A model generated the notes under the pieces. The model ran no database searches. It was given only the letters and a program-made list of their open reading frames with translations, and was not told the origin of the DNA. A stretch of DNA of 64,000 bases from Octopus vulgaris (Eukaryota): contig OX597816.1 in assembly GCA_951406725.2 (NCBI GenBank), positions 122,574,001 to 122,638,000 of the forward strand, written 5' to 3'. Of this stretch, positions 12,673 to 25,734 are shown piece by piece (positions within the stretch are counted from its first letter, which is position 1; each line of letters opens with the position of its first letter). The translations under genes and the position numbers were made by a program.

Positions 12673-13580
12673 AATAAGACCATACAGACTCCAGAAAATA
12701 TTTGTCCTCTTGTTGATTTGCTTGTTGTGAATTTTCAATCATATGTATATACGACGATGGCTTAGCTAGCCGAAGCTTCAAAGTTACTGTCGACAATCTT
12801 CTTGCATAAGAATAATAAATTTATACTCTACAAAATTGAGTATTTAGTAACCCACCAGATTAAAACAAAACTGTTTTAATTATAACTGTATATAGAAACA
12901 AACATTAATATATATATATACATACACGCACAAACCCATACATATATAAATATATATGTACATGCATACACATATATTTCATAGTTGCATTTTGCATTTT
13001 ACTATATGTGTTATGTTATGATTATGCCAGCTGAAGATATCGTTTTGCGCTAGTAGAGCGCATTAACTGCATAAGTATGAAATATATCACTAGCTAACCA
13101 AATGAAGAAAAAGGATTATGAATTTGAGAAGTTTGGTTAGAAGAATCTGAAAACATATGGTTAGTGCTGATGTGTATCATTAAAAAACGGAGAATTCACA
13201 TAGCAATTAGATCATTGATTTTAACTGTGGTAGTTTTAGTGATTATGGAGTACCGCCAGTGTTTAAAGAAAATTAAAATATCTCTTAGACACGTGTAACG
13301 ATTGTGATCCCTACACATTTTATACATCCCTACAAGAGTACTTAGATTTATAAAAGTTTTGAAATCAGTCGCTAAACTGTATTATGTTTAATCATTCAGA
13401 TTGAAGAATAGCAAGGTAAGGTTATAATAGTTGCGTTGGGTTGCTGACTTTGGTATCCTGATATATATATATATGCAGAATTCTCAAAGGAAGTCTCGTG
13501 CAACCACGTGGAAATCATGTGATGAGAGATGAACGAGCTGGCAGCCATGAAATGAGCGATATTGCAACGCACGGGAGAAA

Positions 13581-13671
13581 CTAGGAATTGTACAGCATGG
13601 CCCTCGGAAGTGAGCTGTGTAACTTGCAGTTACGAACATTCACCATATTTTCTCAAGAGTGAAACACAACA
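13581..13671 (+). repeat. 5' LTR-like direct repeat of the Gypsy element
   Basis: 91 bp, 77/91 identical without gaps to 17305-17395 by manual alignment; ends in CA. Confidence 0.85.
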
Positions 13672-16600
13672 CATGTCGACGCGGATGAGATCCGGAAAAC
13701 ATTTAAATTGAACAGCTTGGAAGAAGCTAATACGTGGTTGATAGAGTTCGAAGCAAAAACCGAATGCGACGACGCTGAAGATGTAAAAAAAGCCTACATT
13801 TCTTTCTATCTGTGGAGTTGAAGCCATAAAGAAGTAAAAATTTTCCGAACACAGCATACCAAAAACCTAATGAATGCGTTGCAAACAATAAAGCCGAAAG
13901 ACAGACTGTTAATTAGGGGCAGATTAAAATTACTGGAACTAAAGCAACCAGAAGATGAGTTAATCAACGAATTTCTTCTTAGGATTAATTCTCAAGCTTT
14001 CTTCTGTCATTTGAATAGGTTAAAAGAAAATCCAGAAGTGGAAATCATGGAACTCATTTTCTTCGCGTGATTGTCGTCGGCAGAGATAAAGTAAAAAATT
14101 TTGGATCAGTTACGATGACATTCTAAAATGAATTACCCTGAGATAGCTGCTCTCTCGCATCCACCCTAGAATCGGAAACAATGTTTGCGAGTAGTTGACA
14201 AACAATAACAAAGAATACCTGCAGTCGTGACGTTGTAGTGAAATGTTGAAATTGTGGACGTACACACAAAGCTTGTGCGTGTCCAGCATATAGAAAGCAT
14301 TAAGGGCTGATCTAAAATTTATCGCCGTCTGGACAACATAAATGTATCTCCAAGCGAGACTGGATCAGTCGACAGTTTGTTGCTAAACGTGAACAACAAT
14401 GAGAGTGCAAATAACTCGGGGTTTTGCAAGTCTTTCATAAATAACAGAAGTATAGATGTGAAAGTGGATGCTGGAGCAAGCTTGTTCGATAGGTCCGTTG
14501 TCCTTTGTTTCACAGTTAGGTATCCCAATCGAATTATGTCACAATAGATTAACCACTTTTGATGGTTCAGATCTAATGGTTGTTAAATTAATCCAAGTGA
14601 CATTTAAACTCAATAACACCGACGATTCACGTAAATTTATTGTGGTAGACGGCCCATACTTTTTTGGGCTGATTGGAAAAATATTAAAGACAGTTTGTTT
14701 TGTTTCAATTTAAACATTGATGTTATCCCAGAGGTTAAAGGTTTTGTGGCTCGAGTTAATTGCTCTGATGCGAAATTAGGCGTGATGAGTTCAACGAAAC
14801 GCGTTCCGGTATATTTGGAAAAACAAGTGAAAGATGAGTTAAAGAGTATGGAAATGATGGGTATCATCACACCGTCGGATTACTCTGCAGTCAGATGTGC
14901 TTCACCTCTGGTATGGCTGAGAAAAAAGATGGATCTCTTCGCATGTGTGTCGATTACAAGGTTCATTTAAATGCACATGTTGACACCTATTCTTTTCCCA
15001 GGCCATCAATTGAGGCTATCTTCTCCGGAATATCAGGTGTGAAATTTTTCTCCACTCTCGATTTAAAGCATGCGTATTGGCAAATACCTTTAGCGGAAGA
15101 AGCAAGGCGGATTTGCCCTATCAATACAAGCTAGTGGTGTCTATCTGGTTAACAGACTTCAAAAAGGCCTTAAGAATTCGAGTGGCATATTTCTGAACTG
15201 CTTGGAAACTCTCCTAAAAGGGATCGAAGGAACCAAGATGATATCCTCATCTATGCTAGTGGCGAAGCAAAATCGACGAGCAGTGAAATTACGGTAGTTG
15301 CAAGGCTAACAAAACACAGTGCTCCAGATTCAGACATGTTAAGCGGGTATTTCTCCATCTCATGAATTGTTATCAAAACTAAAAGACATACAATCGACAG
15401 AAAATATTGACAAAATATTGGGTTCGACAAATTACAACAGATTTGTCCCGGCTGATGCTGAAAAAGTAGAACCACTCTTATCAACTAGATCTAAGGAATT
15501 TAAGTGGGGGTAAAAAGGAAAATGAGGCTTTCCGTATGCTTATCTTTTACCTTTCGGAGGCTCCAGATTTGCAACTGTACTCAATGGAGAAGATGAGCAC
15601 TCTCACTGTAGATGCATCCTTGATTGCAGTAGCATGGGTGTTATCCCAAGAAGGACACTCAGTAACATTCATATGCCACACCTTCAGCCAGGCACAATGA
15701 AATTAGTCGAACATAGAGAGAGAGGCTTATGCAGTGGTGTGGTGCGTAGATAGACTGCAGCATTTCCTTCAAGGAAAGCAGTTTTATTTGGAAATAGATC
15801 ACCATCTTTTAAAAACCATGTTCGCGAAGGATTTAGATGTATCTCGACGTGCTTCGCCAAAAATAGCCAGGTGCAGCTTGATTCTATCACAACACGATTT
15901 CATCGTTAAGCATATTCCGGGTAAAAGTATTCTGCACGTCGATGCCCACTCTTGGTTGAGGTGTAATGAGACTAACGATGGTGATATAATTTTCTTTGCT
16001 TCGCATTTAGACAAATACGACAGTGCATGGCAGGACATCGATACCGCAATAATGGAATGCATCTGAAAACAATTAGATGCAAGCGCATTATATTAGAAAA
16101 TAAAGAAAAGAATTTTACAGCAAAATTGGAAATCGGTCTCAAATCTGGAACAGGCATTTGTTAAAGAGGATTTTCTAACATGCAAAAATTGCTTAATATA
16201 TCATAAAATCGTCAGTATATTCCAGCACCTTATAGAGACCCAGTATTAGCTAAAATACACGACACACACATGAACATTCAATAAACAATTAAGGCTCTGT
16301 GTTTGGTGGCCTGGGTTGGCTTACTCGGTGGAGAAGTTTGTGAAATCTTCCGATACCTGCCAGAGAGTTAGTCCAATTTGAGTAAAGGCCTATTTCTGGG
16401 CCCTGGGAACGTGTGCATATGGATTGGGCATATATCCCAAACATCAGTAACATACTTGTAATTGTAGATGCCTATTCAACATGTATCAAAGCATTCTTGC
16501 GTCCTAATCGCTCGACCGAGGCGGTAAAAAACAAGCTGCTTGAGATCGTCGCTCATTTTAGTGTACCCAGTTTTAGTATCGGATAACGGGCCTGAATTTG

Positions 16601-17304
16601 TTGCGTCAAAGAATATGTTGTCATTAATGTGTTGTAGAAAGATTGAGACAGCTGCTTACAGTCCAGCATCTAATGGCGCCGCTGAAAAGGCGTACAAGCT
16701 GTGAAAGATGCACTGAAGCATTTTGATCCAAAGACAGGGAATTTCGCCAACTACGTGAACCAAATTCTGTTCAACTATCGGAGTACCTCGGGTGGTTTTA
16801 AATTATCACCGGCCGAAAAGTTAACGAAAATACCGAGGGTTGCTATAAACCCATTCTTTAAAATAGGTGAGGTTGTAATACACAAAGCTATATTCGACAA
16901 GGTTGCAGCCAAGGCAAAATATGTGATACATGACAGAAAGAATACTGCATGGATTAAGAGGGCGGATCGCCTGTAGCAGTTACTATAAGTTGAGCAACTG
17001 GCCCCGCTAAACACACGGGAATCAGAAAGCGAATTGAGCACAACACCTGACACAATGGTTCATGCTGAGTCTCCAGGTATGCCTAAGAGTGACGGTGCGA
17101 CCATATCAGCTCTCCAGGCTGGGTGTGACACCAACACCGGAGTTATAGAAGAAGTGGAGCAGCCGAGAGTGATAGAAGTGGATCAGCCTATTATTGACAA
17201 TGCTAGTCGTCGAAGATCAAACACAAAAATTTTATCAAGTCCTCAACTGTGGTGACATGCAAGAATTACGGCAGGATGTAAAAAGCCAAATCGTTTCGAG
17301 GAGG

Positions 17305-17395
17305 CTAGGAACTGTACAGTGTGGCCCTCGAAAGTGAGCAGTGTAACTTGAAGTTACGAATTTTCAATGTATTTTCTAATGAGTGAAACACACCA
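17305..17395 (+). repeat. 3' LTR-like direct repeat of the Gypsy element
   Basis: Follows the integrase-end motif KKPNRFEE and purine-rich gaggagg; TG at 17313, ends CA. Confidence 0.85.
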
Positions 17396-19759
17396 AGGAT
17401 AAACCTAGATATTCCTTTTATTAACTGGAAATTGCATAAATAATGATAATTGGCATAAAGTCAGAGGTTTTTCAAGAGGAATACGGGTGATAGACACTCG
17501 GTTCAGTATAGAACAAGTACTTATTCTATCGATTCAAAACTTTTCAGAGAAAGAAAGTTAGCGCAAGAATCATGATTTTACTTCAAAATTATGTCTATAA
17601 TTACTATATCTTTTTATAGCTTTATAGCGTATGTTTTGAGTCAGACAATATCTACATCAGATAATTATCGATAAAACCTGCTTCTGCAATGAATAAATCA
17701 ATGTTGATGTGAATAAATTTTTATTATGTTATAAACAGCCGTCAATACGTTATAAGAAGATAGAATTCATCCTCTCACAAGAATCGTTCCGTACAGATAT
17801 GTACGCGTGAGCACAAACATGGCAGAATTCAAATTTTGTTAATAAATATAACGTGTTATGAATTAACTGATACGAATTTACTTTTCCGCAAGTTCATTGA
17901 CTGATTATTTCTTAATATCACAACCTACGTTAAACGTAAAATCTACTGCTGCTGAAGTATGAATAAAAATTTACAATTTTAGTCAATTTTAACGTATTTT
18001 GGAAAAAAGAATTTTCCGTTTTGATAAGACACACTGATCGGCTGCCTTGTGCTTATATTCCCTCCACATAAGAGAATTTTGCAAAGTGCTAGACTTACTG
18101 GATCAGTATGTCTTTTCCATGAGTAATACCTCTTCACATGTGTAATACATCCGTAGTCATTAGTTAAGCTTTCAAAATTAACATCATTCAATTCGGCTAC
18201 ACTCATTCGGAATATTTTACAACTAAATTTACCGTTTTCAGACCGAATAATAGAAAATAATTTGTTTCATATCGACGAAGTCCAAGTTTTCTATTCATAG
18301 ATTCTGTTTAAAGAGCATTGTACATAAGTAACTTATCAAGAAAGGTTAACTGCATTATAATATTTGCGTATATCACATTGAAACAAAAAATATACAGCAC
18401 TACTAATAGATGTAAAACATATAAAAGATGTAAAATAGATGCAAAACATAGAAAATAATTGCATAATTTAACCAAGTTAAAAAACTGAAAAGTTATTGTG
18501 CTTAGTTTGCATATTTGAAATTTGAAAATATGGAAGCAATTTTGTACGTTTAATATGTGGCTCAAAAAGATAATGCTTAACAGATATAAACAATAGAGAT
18601 AATTCTACTATAAAAATGGAGGTGTTTTATGTACGCATATTAATTGAACTTTCAGTTTTTCTGTACTACTACAGTTGTGGACAAAACCGTTGCCTAAAAG
18701 TGTATTTTCGAAAAACTGTTGTAGAAATATCTAATAAATTGTCCGTTAGATTTTTTAAAACTAAAAACGAAATTATGAAGTCTGTAATACCACATCTGCT
18801 GTTTAATCGATATGTCATATTTTTAAAATAAAGTTCTTTATAAGACGAATAATCACCAAAGTTCTTTTAAGCAACATGTTTCGCGACATGTTTCTCTCAA
18901 CTTTGAAAGAAATTTAAATTGCGGTAACTCCAGGACGTCTGGTTCAATATACATAATTTTTCTATACGATGAAATTTCATACCAAGATCATTAAAATGCG
19001 ACCAGGTTTGTATACGCCTCATGTATAAAAAATATTACTATAATTCCATTTTCTGTTATTCTCTTATTTTTGCACACTGCTTCCGTCTCGTCCAAGTATT
19101 TGAAATCAAAACTTGAATATAGATATGTAATAGTGTAAAAGTTGTGAAATATATTAAAAATATACTTCACGCTGTTGAAACAATATCCGATGTAGAAGTC
19201 AGTACACTTATTAGAGTGGACAGATATGTTTAATATGTCTAATGTCGACAATCTACACTAAGCTGTGCCCCGGAGAGGGATGTTCATGATCGTGGGGTAC
19301 GAAAAATTGATTTCAATTTATTTAACGGTGTATTGCCCTTGATTGGGTGTAAAAGGTCTATTTGAAAACTAAGCAAATATGTACTAATTATTATAGGAAT
19401 TGCTGTGGTAATCGTTAATAGCATTCAGGTTTGCAAGAAGTAGATTTACTTGAAATTATTTCCGGATTAAATTATTGACGATGATCTTGTTTGAACGATA
19501 AGAATTATTTGAAAATTTGGGAAAGAGAAAATCTGCAATTTGGGGATGTCAATTATACTAAGTTTAATGGTTAAAATTTTTCCCAATTGAAACTAGCTAT
19601 CTGGGTGTGCTGGAAGAATAAGTGTACCTATGAAAATATTTAGACATAAGAAACAATACACATGCACATATGCACACGAATACACACAACATATTATACA
19701 TACACATTCACATATATCCATTGCATACAAACTATTCGTAGTGTCTATCTTCCCGGTTT

Positions 19760-19807
19760 CTGCTGCTGAAGAGGAAATAACCATTCAGAAATGCACGCAT
19801 CCAACAG
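19760..19807 (+). ncRNA. Type I hammerhead ribozyme motif, slightly degenerate
   Basis: ctgctg-CTGAAGA-ggaa-ataacca-ttca-GAAA-tgcacgca-TC-caacag. Stem I ctgctg/caacag (5 of 6 pairs), stem II gaa/ttc, near-palindromic stem III, AUC cleavage triplet. Confidence 0.65.
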
Positions 19808-19990
19808 TCTCGTTAGAGAGCGTAACGAACTGACCTGGCTTGTTTACACCTTTCTGTCGACAGCGAGGAATTTTCTCCATGGCAAAATACAGTGAATAGA
19901 ATTTCTTACAGGTTCGAATATACTTCAAGCATATTTGAATTGATAATAAGTTTACATTTATATACAATACTATCTAGTGGTGTCATCCCG

Positions 19991-20205
<215 letters not shown>

Positions 20206-20816
20206 AATTAAAAATTTACTTAATTCAAAAGGTATTAATTGTATAAAATAGCTTTATATAAACTATATTTATGCAGATCTGATGGAAAGTGTATTTCGGG
20301 CAAACAATTTCACTGTTTTCAGCATTTCAATGGTATAATGGCAAAAGGTAATCTGTGGTTTCTAATTTTGTTTTCATTGTCGTTCTCACTAATTTCGATA
20401 TGTTTCTGATTGAAAATCCTTATAAGTTATTCATCATTTGCCTTTCATAATTGATGATATTCTTCCTTTACATTGAAAGGGGAATTATTTCTATTTCCCA
20501 TTAGCACTAATGTCTAGATTTTACATGGATGATTTTACATTCGGAAGAGATGGACTACATTACATTAAATTCGTAAGAGATGGATTCTTGACTTGGGCTA
20601 CTAATTTTATTCCATTTTGGCTGATATAGTTCTTGCATTGTAGGCATGTGATACAATAAATGACATATTCTGTTTTGCAATTCATAGTTACCTTAATCTT
20701 AAGTTCTTACTCGTTGTTGAATTTTTTCATGTATATATACATATAAAAACATATGCACATAGCCATAAATTCATACATGCATATAAACACCCACACCTAC
20801 ACCCCACCCTATTTAT

Positions 20817-20865
<49 letters not shown>

Positions 20866-22159
20866 AATAGACACACACACCTATTCCTGCTATCCATCTT
20901 TCTAGTTTCATCGATGTATCCTGTTCACTCATCTATCTTAAAACTATTCCGCATCCGTCAGAGAAAAAACACAAAAAAGTAATAAATAAAAAGAGCGTAT
21001 CTTATTCGAGTTAGTACACGCACATGAACTGCTGTTGACAGTGACTGATTTATTTTTATGCAACGTTATTATCGAACTAACCAAGCATAAACTGCGATGG
21101 GCCACCATAGCAACAAACAATAGTTGTCACTTGAAGCATCTACAGATGTCGTGTACACAATCGTAATGAAAAATTCATTCCGTAAATTTGTTCTTCATAA
21201 CTTTATTATAAATTCCACACCCTATGATATCTGAAAAAGCAACTTAATTCTATACTTCTCTTAACTATTTCTGGCCAAACAATAAAGCACATCGGAAACC
21301 TTAATTCGTAGGTTATAAACTATCGATTTACTCTTTTATTTTGAGCAATAGTTGAACGTATATGTTGTTGACAGCACTCTTAGAGATTCTTGTTTCAATT
21401 GAAATAATCCTTTTTTGGAGATCATTTATCAATATCGTTTTTAAAATGCATTTGGCACCATCATTTATAGAACTTATAATATCAATTAAATGAACGTTTA
21501 ACAACATCACAACACCAGCATGTAAGAAAATCTAATTCACATAAATTATCTCTCCTGTAATGCGTAATATACTTTTAGCAGAAAGAAATGAATTAATATA
21601 TTTAATAAGTTGTTAGCTGACACTATGAATCTTTTAATCATATTTTTCGCCTCCACTCTCACACAAATTTAATTATTTAGTACTGGGTTGCACAATAGAT
21701 CTTTCGTTTTCTCCGTTTGTTTGTTTCTATTAAACGTCTGTTGAACCATTGACTGTTATTAAGATTATCGAAACAAAACAACTCATTCATTTTATAATGA
21801 TATATTTAAGAAGTAGAAAATGGTACCTATAAACGTCTCGTAAATAAATATATTACCCAAAATTAGGGAAAAAATTTATCTAGCGTACACACTTATAAAA
21901 CTATAAAAATTTAAGCTAATACATAGCTTCAGTATTTTGAAGCTATATTGACTCATTAAGCTTTAGATAGGAGGATTAACTAACTGTGAAACATAGGTCA
22001 CAGTGTAAGTTCGTAATAATATTTTTTCGTCCAGTACTAAATGCAAATTAAGCAATAATATGAAAACCGAGCTCGAATTAATTAGAAAATCGTCAGTAAG
22101 ATTTGTAAGTTAGGTAACCATTAAAAATTGGATATAAGCAAGGTTAATTAATAATATTG

Positions 22160-22366
22160 GTTTCAAATTTTGGCACAGGCTAACAATTTGGGGGAGGTGG
22201 CTAATCGATTACCTCGGCCCTAGTACTCAACTTGAACTTACATTATTTAGAAAGGACAAAAGGGAAAGTTGAGCCTGGTGGCGTTCGAGCTCAAAACGTG
22301 AAGACGGAAAATATTCTGCTAAGCATTTTGTCCGGCGCGATAACGATTCTGTCAGTTTGCCGCCTT
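22160..22366 (-). mobile_element. Family B SINE inserted in Penelope remnant
   Basis: Homologous to the other family B copies; TSD core aattaataatatt at 22146-22158 and 22372-22384. Confidence 0.8.
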
Positions 22367-22885
22367 AAATCAATTAATAATATTAATAATCAAAGAAATG
22401 ACAAATTTACCGCATTTGATTTTCTCGAAAATTGTATGGCTCTATCGCAAAACATCTATTCATCAACGCCTAACAATTCGCAAAGCTAAATAACGATATA
22501 GATGATAATGAAAGAAATAGCATTAGGTGCACCTGCGAAAACTCTACTCACAACGGGTTTTCTGGGTAGGTTTTAAACAGTCTGTCCTCATAGGCTTTTT
22601 CGACATTCGTACTGGGTCTTCAGACTGCGCGAACTTTTATGATTTTATTTGTGCATATCATATCTCTTTGCCAAAAAGCCTGTATCACTTCAACGCAGTC
22701 AAAATAGGATTATATAACGATAATAGACAGATTATATCCCAATGTACAAAAGGACACATTCTAGACACATCCAGAAAATAACTTATCATTAGCTTCAATA
22801 ATAATGAAGCTCCATTAATTTCGGTCTAAAAGTGACTATAGCTACTAAAATAAGAGTTGTAATTTTTTAATGTTATTCTCAACCT

Positions 22886-23118
22886 ATTTCTTTACCACCC
22901 AGAAGGGGCTAAACACAGAGTGGACAAGCAAGGACAGACAGACGGATTAAGTCGATTATATCGACCCCAGTGCGTAACTGGTACTTATTTAATCGAAACC
23001 CCGAACGGATGAAAGGCAAAGTCGACCTCGGCGGAATTTGAACTCAGAACGTAGCGGTAGACAAAATACCGCTAAGTATTTCGCCCGGCGTGCTAACGTT
23101 TCTGCCAGCTCACCGCCT
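22886..23118 (-). mobile_element. Family B SINE (well preserved, alternative tail) inserted in Penelope RT
   Basis: Head aggcggtgagctggcagaaacgttagc..gagttcaaattccgccg; central ggtcgactttgcctttcatcc.ttcgggg..cgattaaataagtaccag. TSD atgttattctcaacct (22870-22885) and atgttatccttaacct (23119-23134), 14/16 identical. Confidence 0.88.
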
Positions 23119-24910
23119 ATGTTATCCTTAACCTACACGCAGAAAAATATAATCCATATAGCAAACCTAACGGATAGTCACAAGCATTAATACAAATTCT
23201 TGTTATCAACACTTAAGTTTTAAAGTCTCATTAATAATAACAGTGGAAGACTCTTCAAATAAATAAGACTTCGAGAATTTGCTCCGCTGCAGTAATAAAC
23301 TAGTAGAAGGTAGTGCATTTAAAAATAAGAATTCAAATTCCTTTAAAACCGATTCTGCAATATGAAGAAGAGATGTTATCAGGCTCGCAAACCACTACAC
23401 TTTAAATGTTAAGATTAACATTGCTGAAAATTGTTTACTCTTATACTATATTCTTCAATAACCGGCACAGAAATCTATGCAATAGAAATCAAAAGTTATC
23501 AAACCAGCTTCTGCACTTGTTGAAATGCAAACGTATGTTTACTTAGTCAGTCATGCGACGCTTAAGCGTTTTTGTAAGAGTGAAAATACACCCCACCAAA
23601 CCAAAATTAAAAACCGCGTGAACACCATACACATATATTGGAAGTTAACTCTAAACAATCGTACTTCAACATTACATCAAACTTCAAAAGTCTGTAAGGG
23701 AGGAATACAAACACCCTGCCCATTTACGTCTGATATTTGAATGAACAAGCCTTTCAATTCGAGACCAAATGAAAAATATGCAAAGAAGCATAACATGCAG
23801 AGATAGTAAAAGACGCTGCATGTCGTGCATATCTGTATAAAACCGCATATTCAAAAGCATTAACAAATCTAAATGTCAGATCAGAGAATTTCGCCAAATG
23901 TTATCACTTTGAAAATTACCTATGGAAACAGTTCTTCCATTTCTATTCGTGGTTAACTAATCCTGCCTTCTTTTTGATTCACAAATATACACAAACACGC
24001 ACGCACGCACACACACACACATACACACACATACACACACACACACGCGCGCACACATGTAAAAACATATATATACAATGTATAAGTCTATGTATGCTTG
24101 TATTATTTATACGTGCTTACATACAAGAAAATTAGCTTGAGATCGAAGGACTGGTCCTAATGCTTTTAAAATAATTGATTTCTGCAAAGAAACCAAATAA
24201 TATACGTAAAGGAAATACACATTTGATTCCCAATTTGTGTAATGTTTCCAATTTATTGTGTCTAATTTCCATTTGTATTCGTTATTCGTGTAATAGTACT
24301 CGCTTGCTCAATAAACAGGTCTTTCATTATATTACCCCAGGTATAATCTCACTCTTTTAAACGAACTCAAAGTTAGCCCTTCAGCGTGGTTGTTTAATTT
24401 GCTAGAAACAGCAGGGATCATGATAGTATATTCTAAGGCCTGTAGCATATCAAATAGCCCTACCAAAATATTCACCTCTGATATTTTTCTGCTTTTTCAT
24501 TATACTTTATTATTTGTAAATTTTGCCAGTAACTCAGAAAAATTTCATTTCATTAAAAGCATTAATTTTTACAAATTCCAGAAAAACAGTTTTCTAATGA
24601 TATTTAGATGATTCCGAATTTGTATACCATTTTGTGATATGTTACGTCTAATTTCCCTTTATATTTTCTATTCGTCTAATAAATTTAGAATAATATGAAG
24701 CACTCAAGGACGATGTTTAAATTTATAAAGAAATCTGGTATCATTTTGAAATAACTTAGCCATGGAGAAGCCCACAGTCTATTTAGTATATATGTATATA
24801 TACCAGAAGATTCTGTAGCTTTATACGATAGTGAACTGGAATGCACATCTTGTATTGAATAACTTACTAGTACTACTTTTTTGTCAATATATATTTGCAC
24901 ATTTTTTTAT

Positions 24911-25120
24911 GGTGACGAGCTGGCAGAATCATTAGCACAGTGGGGGAAATGCTTAGTAGTGTTTCGCCCGTCTTTACGTTCTGAGTTCAAATTCCACCGT
25001 GGTCTATTTTCCCTTTCATCCCATCGGGACCGATAAAATAAATACTCGTTGCGTACTGGAGTCAATGCAATGGACTTAACCCTGCCTTTAAATTGCTGGC
25101 CTTGTGCCAAAATTTGAAAA
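24911..25120 (+). mobile_element. Family B SINE
   Basis: ggtgacgagctggcagaatcattagc..gagttcaaattcc..ggccttgtgccaaaatttgaaa; flanking duplication caatatatatttg(c/t)ac at 24885-24900 and 25121-25136. Confidence 0.85.
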
Positions 25121-25181
25121 CAATATATATTTGTACGATTTAATGTTTTAATCTATATGAACTCACAAGTGAATAAAAATG

Positions 25182-25216
<35 letters not shown>

Positions 25217-25734
25217 ATAGACAAACAGACAGACAGGGAGAGAGAGAGTGAGAGAGAGAACGTCGTTAGGAAAGAGAATGCAAGTAACTGAGAAAGACTG
25301 ACAAATTCGAATGTGAAAGCAAATAGCGCAGTACGTATATTGTACGATATATATTTATGTATAACCAAAGGAAGTTTGAAATTTCTCAAGTTGGAATGAG
25401 ATGGCAAAAGTAAAAGAGAGAGAGAGAGAAGGAAGAAGATGTAAGGGAGAAAAACGATGAAGAAAATAACACACATCAACATATACCTAACAGAAACACT
25501 AAATATATTTTTTGATGAAAACAATTGAATAGAGAAGGTAGAGAGAGAAAGATATATGTATATATATATATATATATAAGAGAAAGAGAGACAAAGAGAG
25601 AATGAGACAGACAGTCAGTCAGACAGACAAGCAGACGAGCAGAGACAGAGACAAAGACAGAAACAAAGAGACACAACTTTGCAACGGAGGAAATTAAAAA
25701 AGAGTGTTCTGGGAAAGATATTTGCGAAGTATTG

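Larger units (their letters stand above)
13581..17395 (+). mobile_element. Decayed Ty3/Gypsy LTR retrotransposon
   Basis: Gag knuckle C*NCGRTHKACACPAY (~14244-14292), protease VKVDAGAS (~14458), RT KKDGSLRMCVDYK/FSTLDLKHAYWQIPL/QDDILI, RNase H TVDAS..IEREAYAVVW..IDH, integrase HDTH..WWPG..PWERVHMD..IVDAYS..SDNGPEF..SNGAAE. Order PR-RT-RH-IN. Terminal direct repeats and PBS-like tgtcgacgcgg at ~13674. Confidence 0.9.
21780..23925 (+). mobile_element. Highly decayed Penelope-like element (RT plus GIY-YIG) interrupted by two SINEs
   Basis: Collinear degenerate PLE motifs: TKCKLSNNMKTELELIR (~KCRLINPAKSELG), FDIRTGSSDCANFYDFICAY (~FDVTMGSYDGAE), IGLYNDN (~IGLYRDD), FLNVILNL..YNPYSKPN, RRDVIRLANHYTLNVKINIA, YIG, LNVRSENFAKCYH (~LNKRSEL.SKCRH). 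Boundaries approximate. Confidence 0.75.

Noticed and set aside
17979-18206. 75-aa minus-strand ORF with an internal gtaagt donor-like site as a host exon
   Set aside because: No recognisable domain, no convincing acceptor and no partner exons.
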